Origin: Octopus sinensis
Taxonomy: Eukaryota
DNA: 64,000 nt
Direction of reading: 5' to 3'
Assembly: GCF_006345805.1 (NCBI RefSeq)
Contig: NC_043009.1
Coordinates: 26,598,001-26,662,000, forward strand
Below are positions 26,976-40,322 of this stretch, in pieces. Numbering within the stretch: position 1 is the stretch's first letter; the number at the start of each line of letters is the position of its first letter. The translations under genes were made by a program, and so were the position numbers. The notes below the pieces were generated by a model. The model saw only the letters and a program-made list of their open reading frames with translations. It ran no database searches and was not told where the DNA came from.

Positions 26976-28199
26976 GAAGAAGAATTCTTCCTGAAAGTCC
27001 AGCAACTGCTTTACTGGTTCTTTTATTTCAACGACCTCGGAGGAATGAAACAAAATTGACTTCGGCGGAATTTGAACTCATGACGTAAAGAGGCGAAAGA
27101 AATACTATTAATCATTTTTATCCGGCACGTTAACGTTTCTGCCAAGCTCGACGTCTTGGTAATATTTCTTTTTATTATAGGCCCAAGGCCAGAAATTTTG
27201 TGGGAGAAGAGGAAAGTCGATTACATCGACCCCAGTGCAGGACTAGTACTTATTTAATCGACTCCGAAACGACGAAAGTCGACCTCGGCAATATTTAAAC
27301 TCAAACTGAAAAAGCCGGAAGAAATGCTGCTAAGCATTTTGTCTGACGCGCTAACGATTTTTTCCAATCGGCCATTTTTAATAATGTGTTTCTGTTTTGG
27401 GAACAAGAGGTGGGGGTAGTCAAGTACATCGACCGGTACTTTATTTTATCGATACCATAAGGATGAAAGTCGAAGTCCACCTGGACGGGATTTGAACTCA
27501 GAAAATACAGAGCAGTAACTGAATGCCACAATACATTATTTGCTGATGCTCTATCGATTCTGCCAATCCAACAACGGATTTCATCTAATGCAACCTCCCA
27601 CCCACAGGCAATCCATCACCACCTGAGTTACTATAGTAACAGAGTAGCTGAAAAGTTGATTGATTTGAGAGATAAGTGTTGTCAGCTAATTGAGCCATCA
27701 TCTCTTGTTTCACCTCTGCCTACACCTAACGCCACTTCCTCCGCCGCAGCCACCGTCGTCACCGCCGCCAACAACCGGCCTTTGGTGGGGGCGGGAAGAG
27801 GTGAAGCAGTATGATGGTTTCATCTTGTCAGTGGTTGGACTGTAGCCTTGAAACAATACACTGATTCCAGTCGTTCTTTGTCATCATTGTCCGACAGAGT
27901 CTGTTCGACTTCCTTAGATACCTCTGGCTCAGTTATATTACGTCTGCTTTTTTGGTGGTGGGAGTGTAGATCTGTGTGTGTGTGTATATATGTGTGGGTG
28001 TGTGTGTGTGTGTGTGTTGCCAGAGCACATATGAATTTTTGTGTGGAGAGATTCCTACTGTGAATGCATATCCTGAACTCATCTTGATATTTTTTTGTCA
28101 CGCTTGCGTTCTTGTAATCCTTCAATATGTCTACACGTACATGTGTATGTGTGTGTGTGTACGCGCGTGCGTGTTATTATTATTATCTAAGACGACGAC

Positions 28200-28945
28200 C
28201 TGGCAGATGCGTCAGCACGCTGGACGAAATGCTTAGCGGTATTTCGTCTGCGTTACGTTGTGAGTTCAAATTCCGCCGAGGTCGACTTTGCCTTTATCCT
28301 TTCGGGGTCGATAAATTAAGTACCAGTTACGCACTGGGGTCGATGTAATCGACTTAATACCTATGTCTGTCCTTGTTTGTCCCCTCTGTGTTTAGCCCCT
28401 GTGGGTAATAAAGAAGTATATCGTCTGCCGCTACGTCTGAGTTCAAATTCCGCCGAGGTCGACTTTGCCTTTCATCCTTTCGGGGTCGATAAATTAAGTT
28501 CCAGTTACGCACTGGGGTCGATTTAATTGACTTAACCCCTTTGTCTGTCCTTGTTTGTCCTTTCTATGTTTAGCCCCTTGTGGGTAATAAAGAAATAGGT
28601 ATTTCGTCTGCCGCTACGTTCTGAGTTCAAATTCCGCCGAGGTCGACTTCGCCTTTCATCCTTTCGGGGTCGATTAAATAAGTACCAGTTACGCACTGGG
28701 GTCGATGTAATCGACTTAATCCGTTTATCTGTCCTTGTTTGTCCTCTCTGTGTTCAGCCCCTTGTGGGTAGTAAAGAAATAGGTATTTCACTCGTCGTTT
28801 TTCTGAGTTCAAATTCCACCGAGGTCGACTTTGCCTTTCATCCCTTCATGATCGATAAATTAAGTACCAGTAGCGTACTAGGGTCGATCTAATCGACTGG
28901 CCCCTCCTCCAAAATTTCAGGCCTTGTGCCTATAATAGAAAGGAT
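28200..28945 (+). mobile_element. Family 1 SINE tetramer
   Basis: One head and four ~185-bp cores. The last core ends in the alternative tail …CAGGCCTTGTGCCTATAATAGAAAGG before a TTA-rich run. Confidence 0.92.
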
Positions 28946-29185
28946 TATATTATTATTATTCAGTAGTCTTATTTTTATCACGTGCTTTCACTGCACTACC
29001 GAGTGCTGCTCTATGTACCTTGGGTATGTGCAGTGGTTTGTTGTGGTGCTCTTATTTTCACTGTATTGAAAGTATTTTACGTAGACGTATGCGGTGCTAT
29101 TTTCTGTATGTTATATATACTTGTAAGTCCTGGTGTTTTGGTTATGTATTTGCCTTGTTTTCTTATGATTATTATTATTATTATT

Positions 29186-29682
29186 TACTTTTCATCTGCA
29201 TGTTTGTTACAATCGCTCGCCGGGACACAGCCAACGTCCTAGGGTGAGTGAAGGATAACAGATGTTACAGTATGACTGAAAGCTGGGGGTGGGAAAGTGG
29301 CAGGGGCAGTAGCGAAATATCTTCATGAAATACAACACATACATTTAAATTGATAGGGTTTTTCTAAGGATATGGGCAGTACTTGTCAGCACAATCTTTT
29401 AGATCGCTCTGAAACTTGGTTCTCCTAGTATGTTATCTAAGTGATTCTGACATCCATTTCTTATCATAGGAAGGGCACCCAAAATAACAGGAACAGTTCT
29501 CGCTTTAAGCTGCCTCATCTTTGGTATTTCAATTTCCAGGTCCTTTTTATTTACTTAATTTGTCAAATTCCTTTACAGGTATATTTTTATCAGGGGAAAC
29601 ACTTACATCTACTAGTCTACAAGTATTTTCTCCGTCTTTAATGACTATATCTGGTAGATTAGTCTGGATAGTTTTGTCAGTG
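29186..29682 (-). mobile_element. 3' end of an R4/Dong-like non-LTR retrotransposon (restriction-like endonuclease domain), pseudogenised
   Basis: Minus translation TDKTIQTNLPDIVIKD..CRLVDVSV…KEFDKLSK-(frameshift)-KDLEIEIPKM…TVPVILGALPMI…TAHILRK, a PD-(D/E)xK RLE pattern. Both ends lie in TAA-type repeats. Confidence 0.85.
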
Positions 29683-29934
29683 TTGTTATTATTATTGTTA
29701 CCATTATTATTATCATTATTATTATTATTATTATTATCATTATTTTTAAAAAAACAGTTTGATTCGAGCCCGTGCAACTTTATATAGACATTCACATTCA
29801 CACTTTATCATCTTGTTTCAGGCGTTGGACAGCGGCCGTGCTGGAGCACTACCTTCAGTTTTTAGTCGAATTTTTTTTTCGTTCCTTTTTAAGTTTCGTA
29901 CTTATTCTATCTGTCACTTTTGCCGAACGTAAAA

Positions 29935-30105
29935 AGCGCCACTACACTCTCGGAGTGGTTGGCATTAGGAAGGTCATCTAGCTGTAGAAACACTGCCAGA
30001 TTAGATTGGAGCCTGGTGCGGCCTCCTGGCTTGCCAGTCTCCAGTCAAACCGTCGAACCCATGCCAGCATGGGAAACAGACGTTAAACGATGATGATGAT
30101 GATGG
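29935..30105 (+). mobile_element. RTE-type 3' tail ending in (GAT)n, nested in a minus-strand family 2 SINE (29810-30260)
   Basis: …GGCATTAGGAAGGTCATCTAGCTGTAGAAAC…GACGTTAAACGATGATGATG lies between family 2 tail and head fragments. Confidence 0.6.
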
Positions 30106-31185
30106 TCCTCAGAGTTTCTATCTACCAAATTCTCTCACAAGGAATTTGTCAATCCGGTGCAATATTAGCTGACACCCACCCAAAGTGACGCGCAGTGGGA
30201 CTGAAACACCAAAACCAAATGTCTGCAAAACTATCTTTTTAAACTCATAGCCATGCCTACATATACATATTGTGTATATATATATATATATATATATATT
30301 CTCTTACGGAGCTTAGCAGATATTCGCTTAACTGAAGCATCAGTAGCCATATTGTAAAAATATGAATGAACCCATTTATAAATTATTCTGCAGTCATCAT
30401 CGAGTTCTTTCATAATGAAGATTACCAGATCGGAATCTACCATATATATATATATATATATATATATGTACTGGATGGGGGAGGGTGTGCAGTAGAAAAT
30501 TGCTCTAAAAACACGACTAATTATTATGGAGGAGGTTGCGTTTTGTATTTCGTTCGTATATAATTTTTTTTTTTGTTTTGTATTGTTATACAGAAGTGTG
30601 TCGAACAAATCGATAAGGAAGAGCTTCTAGTATACCTGTTGTACTGTAGTTTCTAGTTCCATCGATTTCTGTGGATGAAAAGAGAAAGTGAAACAGGTTT
30701 ATTTTATGAATTCTAGTTGACATTGCTAATGTAACTGACAACTGACCGTCGCTCTAAATTTAGTTGTGGGCGTTGGTGCGACTGCTGCTTCTGTTATTGT
30801 TTTTGTTGCAGTTATTGTTGTTGTAGTTAATCTTCTGCACATAGATTGTCGATCGAGTCATTGGTCACATTGCCAACTGCTAGACGAAATGAAGATAAGG
30901 ATTAATGTGAATATTCGTTGAGAAATATAAATGTGTATGTACATATATATGTATGTGTGCGTGCGTGTTTATATATGTATGTATGTATGTGTTTGTATAT
31001 ATGCATGCATATGTGTGAAATTCCAGAGGATTTGTTTAAGCTGGTCAATTTCCAACCAGCTGATTGAAGGCACTCCAGCTGTGACCATCCCATTTTTCTC
31101 CAGTTAGACTCATTATATTCAAATCTACATTTGTCATATTTCTCTGGGCATTACATATGAGATATTTGATTTCTATTTCGAGCAG

Positions 31186-31335
31186 ATCCAAAGACCACGT
31201 AGAGGCTGCCTCGCTGACGCAGCCCAAATATAGTCTTAAGGACTGGGGCATAAATACAGTTTCATATCCTAAAAGCGAAGAGATAAAACAGCTGGATAGT
31301 ACGCTAGTCCATCGCAGATATTCTCAAGTGGTCTG
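31186..31335 (+). CDS. Candidate 150-nt symmetric (phase 2-2) coding exon (SKDHVEAASLTQPKYSLKDWGINTVSYPKSEEIKQLDSTLVHRRYSQVV)
   Basis: ttctatttcgagcag| acceptor, ctg|gtatat donor, non-repetitive open frame. Partner exons are uncertain. Confidence 0.4.
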
Positions 31336-32780
31336 GTATATATTTCTAAATTTTAATCCTAAGTAGAACAGAGGTAATGTGGCATAAAGTGTTCTGTCCA
31401 GTACACAGTGAAAGACTACTACAGGGTTGAACTCATGCCCCTTGAACGGAAAGTACGGTCAGTCATCTGTTTTGAACAGCCTGCTCGTGAAAATAGCATT
31501 CGAGTGGCTGAGCACTCCACAGGCACTCATATCCTTAGCGTAGTTCTCATAGAGATTCAGCGTAAAATATGACAAGGCTGGCCCTTTTTTAATTACAGGT
31601 ACAACACGTTCTTTTCCAGTTGAGTGGACTGGAGCAACGTGCTTTACCCAAGAAAAACACCGCGCCACCGGGAATCGAAATCACAATCTTATGATCGTGA
31701 GCCGAATACCCTAACCGCTAAGCTACGTGCCTTCATATGCCATTAGCTTGATTTTATTTTTGGTCGGCTGTAACTGACCAATCAGGAACGACTTCGGAGG
31801 TTTCAAATATCAATTTATAGAAATACTCTTTAGTCTTCACATATACACACACACACACACACACAACACACACACACAATCACACACACACACACACACA
31901 CGCACACACGCACGCACGCACGCACGCACGCACGAACGCACCAGGTATTTTGGTTAGAGGTTGGACTTAAAGGGGCGTTGTCATGTAACATAATGTATTT
32001 CATTTCGATTCGTACATCGCTCCTATCTCGAACAGGGATTTTCTAACGAAATAGTTCGCTAGTTACAAAACAGTGGTTGTATGACACTGTGCCTTCTATA
32101 TATGTTGCAAGCGATGTCAAACTAATGCCATGCCTAAGTGCCCACCACTGATGTGATCCAAGAAGATCGAAATCACGTGATCTGGTGGTCTCTGAGCTAG
32201 GGTGGCAGGAGTTCTCTCTCGCTTGCAATGAATATAGAGCGCAAAAGCACACTGAATAACTAGCTGGAGGAGATGTCTTCCTCGAGTTAAAATAACTTTA
32301 TCGTAAGTTTTTAGAGAATACCCACGTTGACGTGGCAATAAAAACTGCTATTTAATTCTGCATACTATCAATCCTACCAGTCGCCTTTATAGTAGAATAG
32401 GTGAAATAAACATCATTGTTCTTGAATTTTTTCTAGGGTTTATTTTGTTTTTTTTTACTTTTTCTGGGATTTCTTTATCTTTTTTCGCTTTGGCTAATTA
32501 GCTTTTGGCGGAGTTGTTTAGTGTTTACATTGATATCTGGAATATATATATATATATATACACGCACACTCAAGTGTGTGTATGTGTGTGTGTGTGTGAT
32601 GGACGTTCCTGTCATATTCGACAGATGAGGGTTCTGGAACTTGTTGAACACCCTTTGTACAGATAACAAGTACTGGGGGCGATTCCTTCGACTAAAAATT
32701 CTTCAACGGGTTGACCCGGCATGGGGCATCTATCCTATCCATCCACCCATCAATCTCCATTTATCCATCTATATCCATCC

Positions 32781-32788
32781 GCCCATCC

Positions 32789-32858
<70 letters not shown>

Positions 32859-32895
32859 ATATCTATCTATCTATCTATCTATCTATATATCTATA

Positions 32896-32963
<68 letters not shown>

Positions 32964-32975
32964 CATCTATCTATC
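32781..32975. repeat. (ATCT)n microsatellite
   Basis: Directly visible. Confidence 0.95.
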
Positions 32976-34306
32976 TATCTCCACCTATTCATCCATTCAT
33001 CAGATGATTTGTTTATTGTTATTCCAATGCTTGTGCTGTGCATGTCCTCACTCGCTCTATCAAATCGACATTGCCTGTACAGGTGCACGATGTGCCATGC
33101 ATCAGATGTCGAAGTGATCGCAGAGCAACGTGAGACGAAGTCAAGGATACAACTCACTACCTGAACCAGGAAACGAAACCATGATCTCGCAATCGTGAGT
33201 GCAACACACTAACCACTAGGCTACGCAAAGGAATATACGGAGTTTAGTGCTTTCAAATTTCTGGTCATTGTGCAACAAAGTATTATTGTGTGTGTTTGTG
33301 TGTGTGTGTACGTGTGTGTGTAGAGAGGGAGAGAGGGAGAAAGAGAGAGAGAGAACTGTGTATCTATATAATTTATATGAAGTTCATTAATCGAAATGGA
33401 CATGTCCGAACAGGTTTAAAACTTGGAATTTAATTGGTTTTAATTAATATATTTATTGATAGTTTTTACTTTTTCAATTCTTCGTTTATGATACTTTTCT
33501 TTGATCTTTCGATATATTTTTCATCTTTTTCTTGTTTCAGTCATTAGACTACGACCAAGCTGGGGTACCACTTTGAAGAATTTTTAGTCGAAGGAATCGA
33601 CCCCAGAGCTTATTATTCTTTTAAACCTGGTACTTATTCTGTCGGTCTCTTTGGCTGAACCACTAAGTTATGGGAACGTAAACACACTACCGAACCGCCA
33701 AGTTACGGGGACGCAAACACACCAGCATCGGTTGTCAAGCGATGTTAGGGACACACACACAGACTCACAAACATATACATACGCATACATATATACATAC
33801 ATATATACATACATATATACGACGGGCTTCTTTCAGTTTCCGTCCACCAAATCTACTCACAAGGCTTTGGTCGGTTTGAGGGTATAGCTGAAGACACTTG
33901 CCCAAGGTGCCACGCAGTGGGAATGAACCCGGTACCATGTGGTTCGAAAGCAAGCTACTTACCACACAGCCACTCCTACGCCTCACCAATGCACACGCGC
34001 ACACACACACACACACAACACACATATATGATTATTAGGTTCCTGTCGGGAAGCTCTTAGTTCATAACCGTCCTTCATAAGCAGCAGTTTGCGTCTCTTG
34101 GTTGGCCTGAGGCTATAGTTGAAGACACTTGCCCAATCAATAGATGTTCGTATATGTATCCGGATGTTTATGTATTTGTATTATCTCTGTGTATATTATC
34201 TATTAATGAGCTAACACATTATTTATATTTTAATGCTATTAAATCATGTACTAAGAACATCAGTAAACAAGCAGCTACACAAAGAAGCAATTATGGCTAT
34301 AGCGAG

Positions 34307-34372
<66 letters not shown>

Positions 34373-35733
34373 CGTGCTAGGTTTAAACATAATTACTCTT
34401 ACTCTGGTTTACGTTTCGTGCTTTTTGACTGTCACCAAATTTTCCTGCCATAAATGAATTCTTCTCGTAGGAGTGGCTGTGTGGTAAGTAGCTTGCTTAC
34501 GAACTACATGGTTCCGGGTTCAGTCCCACTGCGTGGCACCTTGGGAAAGTGTCTTCAACTATAGCCTCGGGCCAACCAAGCCTTGTGAGTGGATTTGGTA
34601 GACGGAAACTGAAAGAAGCCCGTCGTATATATGTATGCATATATATATGTGTATGTGTGTGTGTGTGTGTATTTGTGTATCTGTGTTTGTCCCCCCCCCA
34701 ACATCGCCTGACAACCGATGCTGGTGTGTTTACGTCTCCGTAACTTAGTGGTTCGGCAAAAGAGACCGATAGAATAAGTACTAGGCCTACAAAGAATAAG
34801 TACTGGGGTCGATTTGCTCGACTAAATGCGGTGCTCCAGCATGGCCACAGTCAAATGACTGAAACAAGTGAAAGAGTAAAGAGTAAAAGAGTATAGATGG
34901 AAAGGTAGGTGGCTTAGCGATTAGAGTACTCGGGTCAAGATCGTAAGGTTGTTGTGAGTTCGATTCCCGGTGGTGCCTTGTATCCTTGACCAAGGCACTT
35001 TATTTCACGTTGCTCCAGTCCACTCAGCCGGCAAAAATGAGTCGTCAACCTTGTCACATTCCGTATCACTCTTAATCTCCCTGAGACTTACGCTGTGGGT
35101 ACGCGTGTCTGTGGAGTACTCAGCCACTTGCACATTAATTTCACAAGAGGGTTGTTTGGTTGATCGGATCACCTGGAACCTTCCGACTGAGTGACAGTAT
35201 ATGTATAGGCGCAGGCACGGTACCCACTGCGCGACCTCCAACTCTAGCTCTAAGAGTGAATTTGGTGGACGGAACCTGTGTCGAAGCCTATCGTATATGT
35301 AAGTATGTATGTATGTGTGTATGGATAAGCTTATTCCTCTCACCGCACTCAAGTACTGGGGTCGATTTACCCTTCAAAGAGGTGCCCCAGCATGGACGTT
35401 GTCCAATGGTTGAAGCAAATGAAACGGGAAAGAGGTAGGACAACAACTGTGCTGATGATGCTCGTTGAAGTAGGAACATGCATTCACAGCGGTCCTCTTT
35501 TCTCTGGTCATTCAAACTGTCTTTTCTTTCTTAATGGCATGTCATTTCTGGAGAATTTTTGATACTTGAAGTTATCTCATTTTCCTTTTAGTTTTGGAGT
35601 TGGTTCCATTTACCTCCAAGTGATTATTCTACCTTCTCTAAAATATTTTCAAGAATTCAAAAATTTGTCTCCCAGTGCATTTGATATACATTTATTCGTC
35701 TTTGCCACAAGATGAGTGTGTGTGTGTGCGTGT

Positions 35734-35769
<36 letters not shown>

Positions 35770-37251
35770 ATATATTTATGTAAGGGTATATGTGTATGTA
35801 TACAGACCTGTATCTTTTCGATATCCGTTTGCCTATATGAATGTGCGTATAGACAGCCAAACGGACATAAACAAGTAGACATAGATATAAAGACAGACAG
35901 ACAGATGGGCAGACAGACAGACAGGCGGGCAGGCAGGTATGTATGTATGCAAACAAGTAACTCTTTAAGACACCATTTGATATCGGATACCACATGGATA
36001 GCAACTGGCAACTTCTGACCCCTGAACTTGTGGACCCTAAACTTATAAAATATGAGGGACTGTGTCGGCTTGATTACTTGGCTGCTGGAGAAGTTGATAC
36101 AGAAATTATCATAACATGTGTACTTTAATATAATGGCTGCCGACCACACTGTCGTCTCACACACACACACACACACACCACCACCACCACCTCCACTATC
36201 ACCATTACCATTACCACCACTCCACTGCCACAGCACATCATCATCAGCCAATGATTAAGGCATTACGTGGTCTGTTGATTGCTGGAAATAACAGCCAAAT
36301 TTCTGCAATTCACACTCTACCCTCTCAAAACAGGAATAACGTGTTGGATAATATAGTTCTCGGTATAATATGCTTGAAAATAAGATGGTATGATCACGAC
36401 TGGAACTAGTTTGGTCATGGATCTCTTTGATCAGCGTTGACCTGGAGATAAGCAACAATAATAGTTGAGCAGACTTCGTAATCTAACTGTGATGAGTTCG
36501 ATTCCTTTTGTAGTAATAGTTTAGTGGGGTCTGGACGCCACTATTTTGATTTGTCTGAAACTCGGTGCATGCAATTAAATCATTATTAAAACAGCCATCT
36601 GTGTATTATATTTAATGTATATACACCTTTGACAAACAAGATACTGCGCTTTCGGTCCGAGAGAAAAATCTATTCATAGATGTGTTCTGCTAAAAACAAT
36701 ATAAATTTGGAGAATGTCAAAGCTACACTTTTTCGTCTCCTTAGCTGTTTTGGGATAAGGCAGTCGAAGTTGACTTCAGTGAGATTTGAACACAGAACAT
36801 TTTTAAAATGTAACTGAATACCGCAAGGTATATTTTTCGACAGTCTAACGATTTTTCCAGTTCTCTGCTCATTGTCTAAACAGTTTCTTGTAGGGAAAGT
36901 CCCTTAAAGGATTGAAAAAGAGGTGAGCGGAGAAATTGTTGCCTTATAAAAGAATTTAAATGGTTCCGAACTTTTTAAGCATGGCCAAACACTATGGCAA
37001 AGAAAGAATTATACGTATATAAGTTTGTCCTTCTCGCAAAGAGGGGAAAGTATCAAATTTGAGGTTTGGGGCCTGTAGTTGACAGTTTGTGAGATCCTGG
37101 ACTAAATAACACTAAACCCAAATTTCAGTCATTAAAATACGACTGACTGGGTTCAAGGATTTGTAGGGGAATTTTTTAATCTTGCGATTATCTCCCCTTT
37201 TTAAATGGAGCTGTTCTTTGTCATTTAGTAATCATGATACATCGTCGACAG

Positions 37252-37495
37252 CAGTAGTTTTCAGTTATTTTTTTTTTATTTAGATCCCTTTGATTCTTAT
37301 TCTTCTCCATTCAATGTTTTAAAAAATACTATTATATTTGTATTATTAAATATTATAAGGAATTGTATTTAAAAAAGTTGTTAAAATATTTGGTGTATAA
37401 GCAATTAAGCATAAGCAATTAAGCACTCATAAATTTTAGCCCAATATCTTATATGGACCCCCTAGGGGTATATGGACCCCGGTTGAGAACCACTG
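37252..37495. mobile_element. hAT/Charlie-like MITE
   Basis: Right TIR GGTTGAGAACCACTG, degenerate left TIR CAGTAGTTTTCAG, subterminal ATATGGACCCC repeats. An 8-bp TSD is not preserved. Confidence 0.7.
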
Positions 37496-39134
37496 CTCTC
37501 GAGGCTGAGATAGTTTTAATAAATCAAGAATTTACGTTTTATGGTATTTTATGTAATTGTATGTGTCGGTTGTTCAAACACGTACCACTAGCCGCTCTGA
37601 GTAATTTTTCCAAGCTCATTTTTGTTTGAATTATGCAAATTACCTGGGCCATAAATGTGTTCTACTCCTTCGTGTATAAACTTTAAGTTCCTTGGCTACA
37701 AGAGATAAGTTGTTGATCTGATCACGACTTTTGAGCCAGAAATACATTTCTACGTTCGGCCTCTTATCTCCAGATTATAAACCTGTCCTTTTCCTTAGTG
37801 GTACGTCAGAACTCTCGCGTTTTGAGATTATTTCCCCTTGTCAAATAGAGCTGGTCTTGATTGCCATTTGGTAATTATAACACATTCTTTATGGGTGGTG
37901 ACAGTGTTTATGTTTTAAGGTATTCGACATACCTGTAATTGATGATATCTTATCTTGATTGTGCCAGAATATATTCTTTTGTAGTTGTTGTTTAAAGGTG
38001 GAGTTGATCTCGTCTAGTAAAAAAAGAAGAGGCTTGCGTAGTTTGCAAAGTAAACGTTTACGTGTAAGAAGTATAAAGTTCACGGAAGATCATATTAACT
38101 CGAAACTTCAACTCTTCATTGTTGTCAAGAAATGTCACCTTTAGAGAACAATAAAGATAAAAAGACAATGCAATACCCATTGACAGGAACAATCAGCAGA
38201 ATACGTATACACACACACACACACATACTCGCACACATTTACGTACACATGCATTCACATACGCATACCCATGTATTCGCATAAACATGTACACACACAC
38301 ATATATATACACATTAATACTCACATTCTTGTCTACTTTGTAAAAATGTCCTTCTTATAATACCTTATATCTTTCTTGTAAAGTTTAAGGATCACTTTAC
38401 TAAAGTGGTGGTTCTGTTCTGTTGTTAAGCGCTCCACCCTATGTCAGCCATGATCGAGTTAATATTTAATCAAAGGCGTTCTAGGTCGTGACCAACCTGG
38501 CTTCTCTTCTGTACAACTTGGCTGACAGCAGCTAAAGCAATCACACAACAACTCCATCATGGGATCGAGTTGATTGTTTAGCAGTAAACCAAAACAAAGG
38601 TTACGACCTGCTTTTATTTTATTTTATTCTGAAAAGGGTTTCTGTAAGGGGCAAAATATCAGGCCCTTTGCATTCTTAGTTTAAATCCTATCGTGGCCTA
38701 CATTGGTGACACACTTGTCCCTGGATGGCTTTAAACGTGTTCCATTCTCTTGCAAACATTCCAGACAGATTTCCGGTTTTAGGATACTTACTCTGCCACC
38801 ACCACCAGGACCACCACCACAACCCATCATTCTCAAGATTCTGTAAAGGGACATCATTATTGTCCTTCCTTCGTAGTTAAGGTGTGTGTGTGTGTGGTGT
38901 CATCCTCTCTAAAATAAAAGAGCAGAAGGCAGGGTAAAATATGGTTGGTTGGTGTTTTAGCGTCGCCTTATTTCAATTTGCGCCTTTTTAACTTTTTAGT
39001 CGGTCCGTTTATTAATTTATTGTCTAACATAACTGTATGCATTCATGAATTTATCAATAGGTATAGTCATGCGCGCGCACAAAAGTGTATACGTGTGTGC
39101 TTGTGTTATGTCCGTATGTATATGTGTGTGAGTT

Positions 39135-39177
<43 letters not shown>

Positions 39178-39656
39178 TTTGTTTTTTTGTGTATGTGTGT
39201 GCATGTATATGTATGTGTACATATGTATATGTGTGAAGGGTATGTACATATATATGTGTGTATGTATATCTATATACATGTTTGTGTGCTTGTGTATATG
39301 TATATATATATAAGTGTTTATATGTGTATTTTGTGTATGTGTGTGTGCGTAAGTGACCTGCAGAGTTTCTCTCTCTCTCTCGCCATCCGCAATCCGCCAT
39401 TAACCATAAAAGGAAGAGACAATTAAACAAGGTTTGACATTTGACATCCTTTTGAACACACCGGTCGTACTTTCAAATATTCATTCCTAACTTTCTTCTG
39501 TATACCTCTAAATTCTTTATTATTATTTTTATTCTATTATAAATATTATCATTTCATTCAATTTGTATCCTGCCCCTCTTTCTCTCTCCATTTCTCTCTC
39601 TCTTTTTCTTTCTTTCTCTTTTTCTTTCTTTCTCTCTTTCTTTCTTTCCCTCTTTC

Positions 39657-39707
<51 letters not shown>

Positions 39708-39769
39708 AAATACAAACCTTGCATACCATTTGATATTAAGGTTTTTACATTTAGAAAAAGAATCTTTTC

Positions 39770-40322
39770 TACTCTAAGCACAAGGTCCGAAATTTTGGGG
39801 AAGGGGGCTAGTCGATTACATCGACCCCAGTGCGTAACTGGTACTTAATTTATCGACCCCGAAAGGATGAAAGGCAAAGTCGACCTCGGCGTAATTTGAA
39901 CTCAGAACGCAGCGGCGGACGAAATACCTATTTCTTTATTACCTACAAGGGGCTAAACACAGAGAGGACAAACATGGACAGACATAGGTATTAAGTCGAT
40001 TATATCGACCCCAGTGCGTAACTGGTACTTAATTTATCGACCCCGAAAGGATGAAATGGAAAGTCAACCTCGCAGGATTTGAACTCAGAACGTAAAGGCA
40101 GACGAAATACCTATTTCTTTACTACCCACAAGGGGCAAGAACAGACAAACGGATTAAGTCGATTATCTCGACCCCAGTGCGTAACTGGTACTTAATTTAT
40201 CGACCCCGAATGGATGAAAGGCAAAGTCGACCTCGGCGTAATTTGAACTCAGAACACAGCGGTGGATGAAATACCGCAAAGCATTTCGCCCCGCGTGCTA
40301 ACGTTTCTGCCAGCTCGCTGCC
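39770..40322 (-). mobile_element. Family 1 SINE trimer
   Basis: Head at ~40270-40322 and three cores joined at CGAAATAC|CTATTTCTTT. Confidence 0.92.

Noticed and set aside
28200-28945. CRISPR-like array
   Set aside because: The units are ~185-bp SINE cores with no unique spacers, the context is eukaryotic, and there are no cas genes.
37985-38063. Possible phase 2 to 0 exon (CCLKVELISSSKKRRGLRSLQSKRLR)
   Set aside because: Splice sites and phase would fit between 31335 and 54817, but there is no independent support and a competing first exon exists at 51755.
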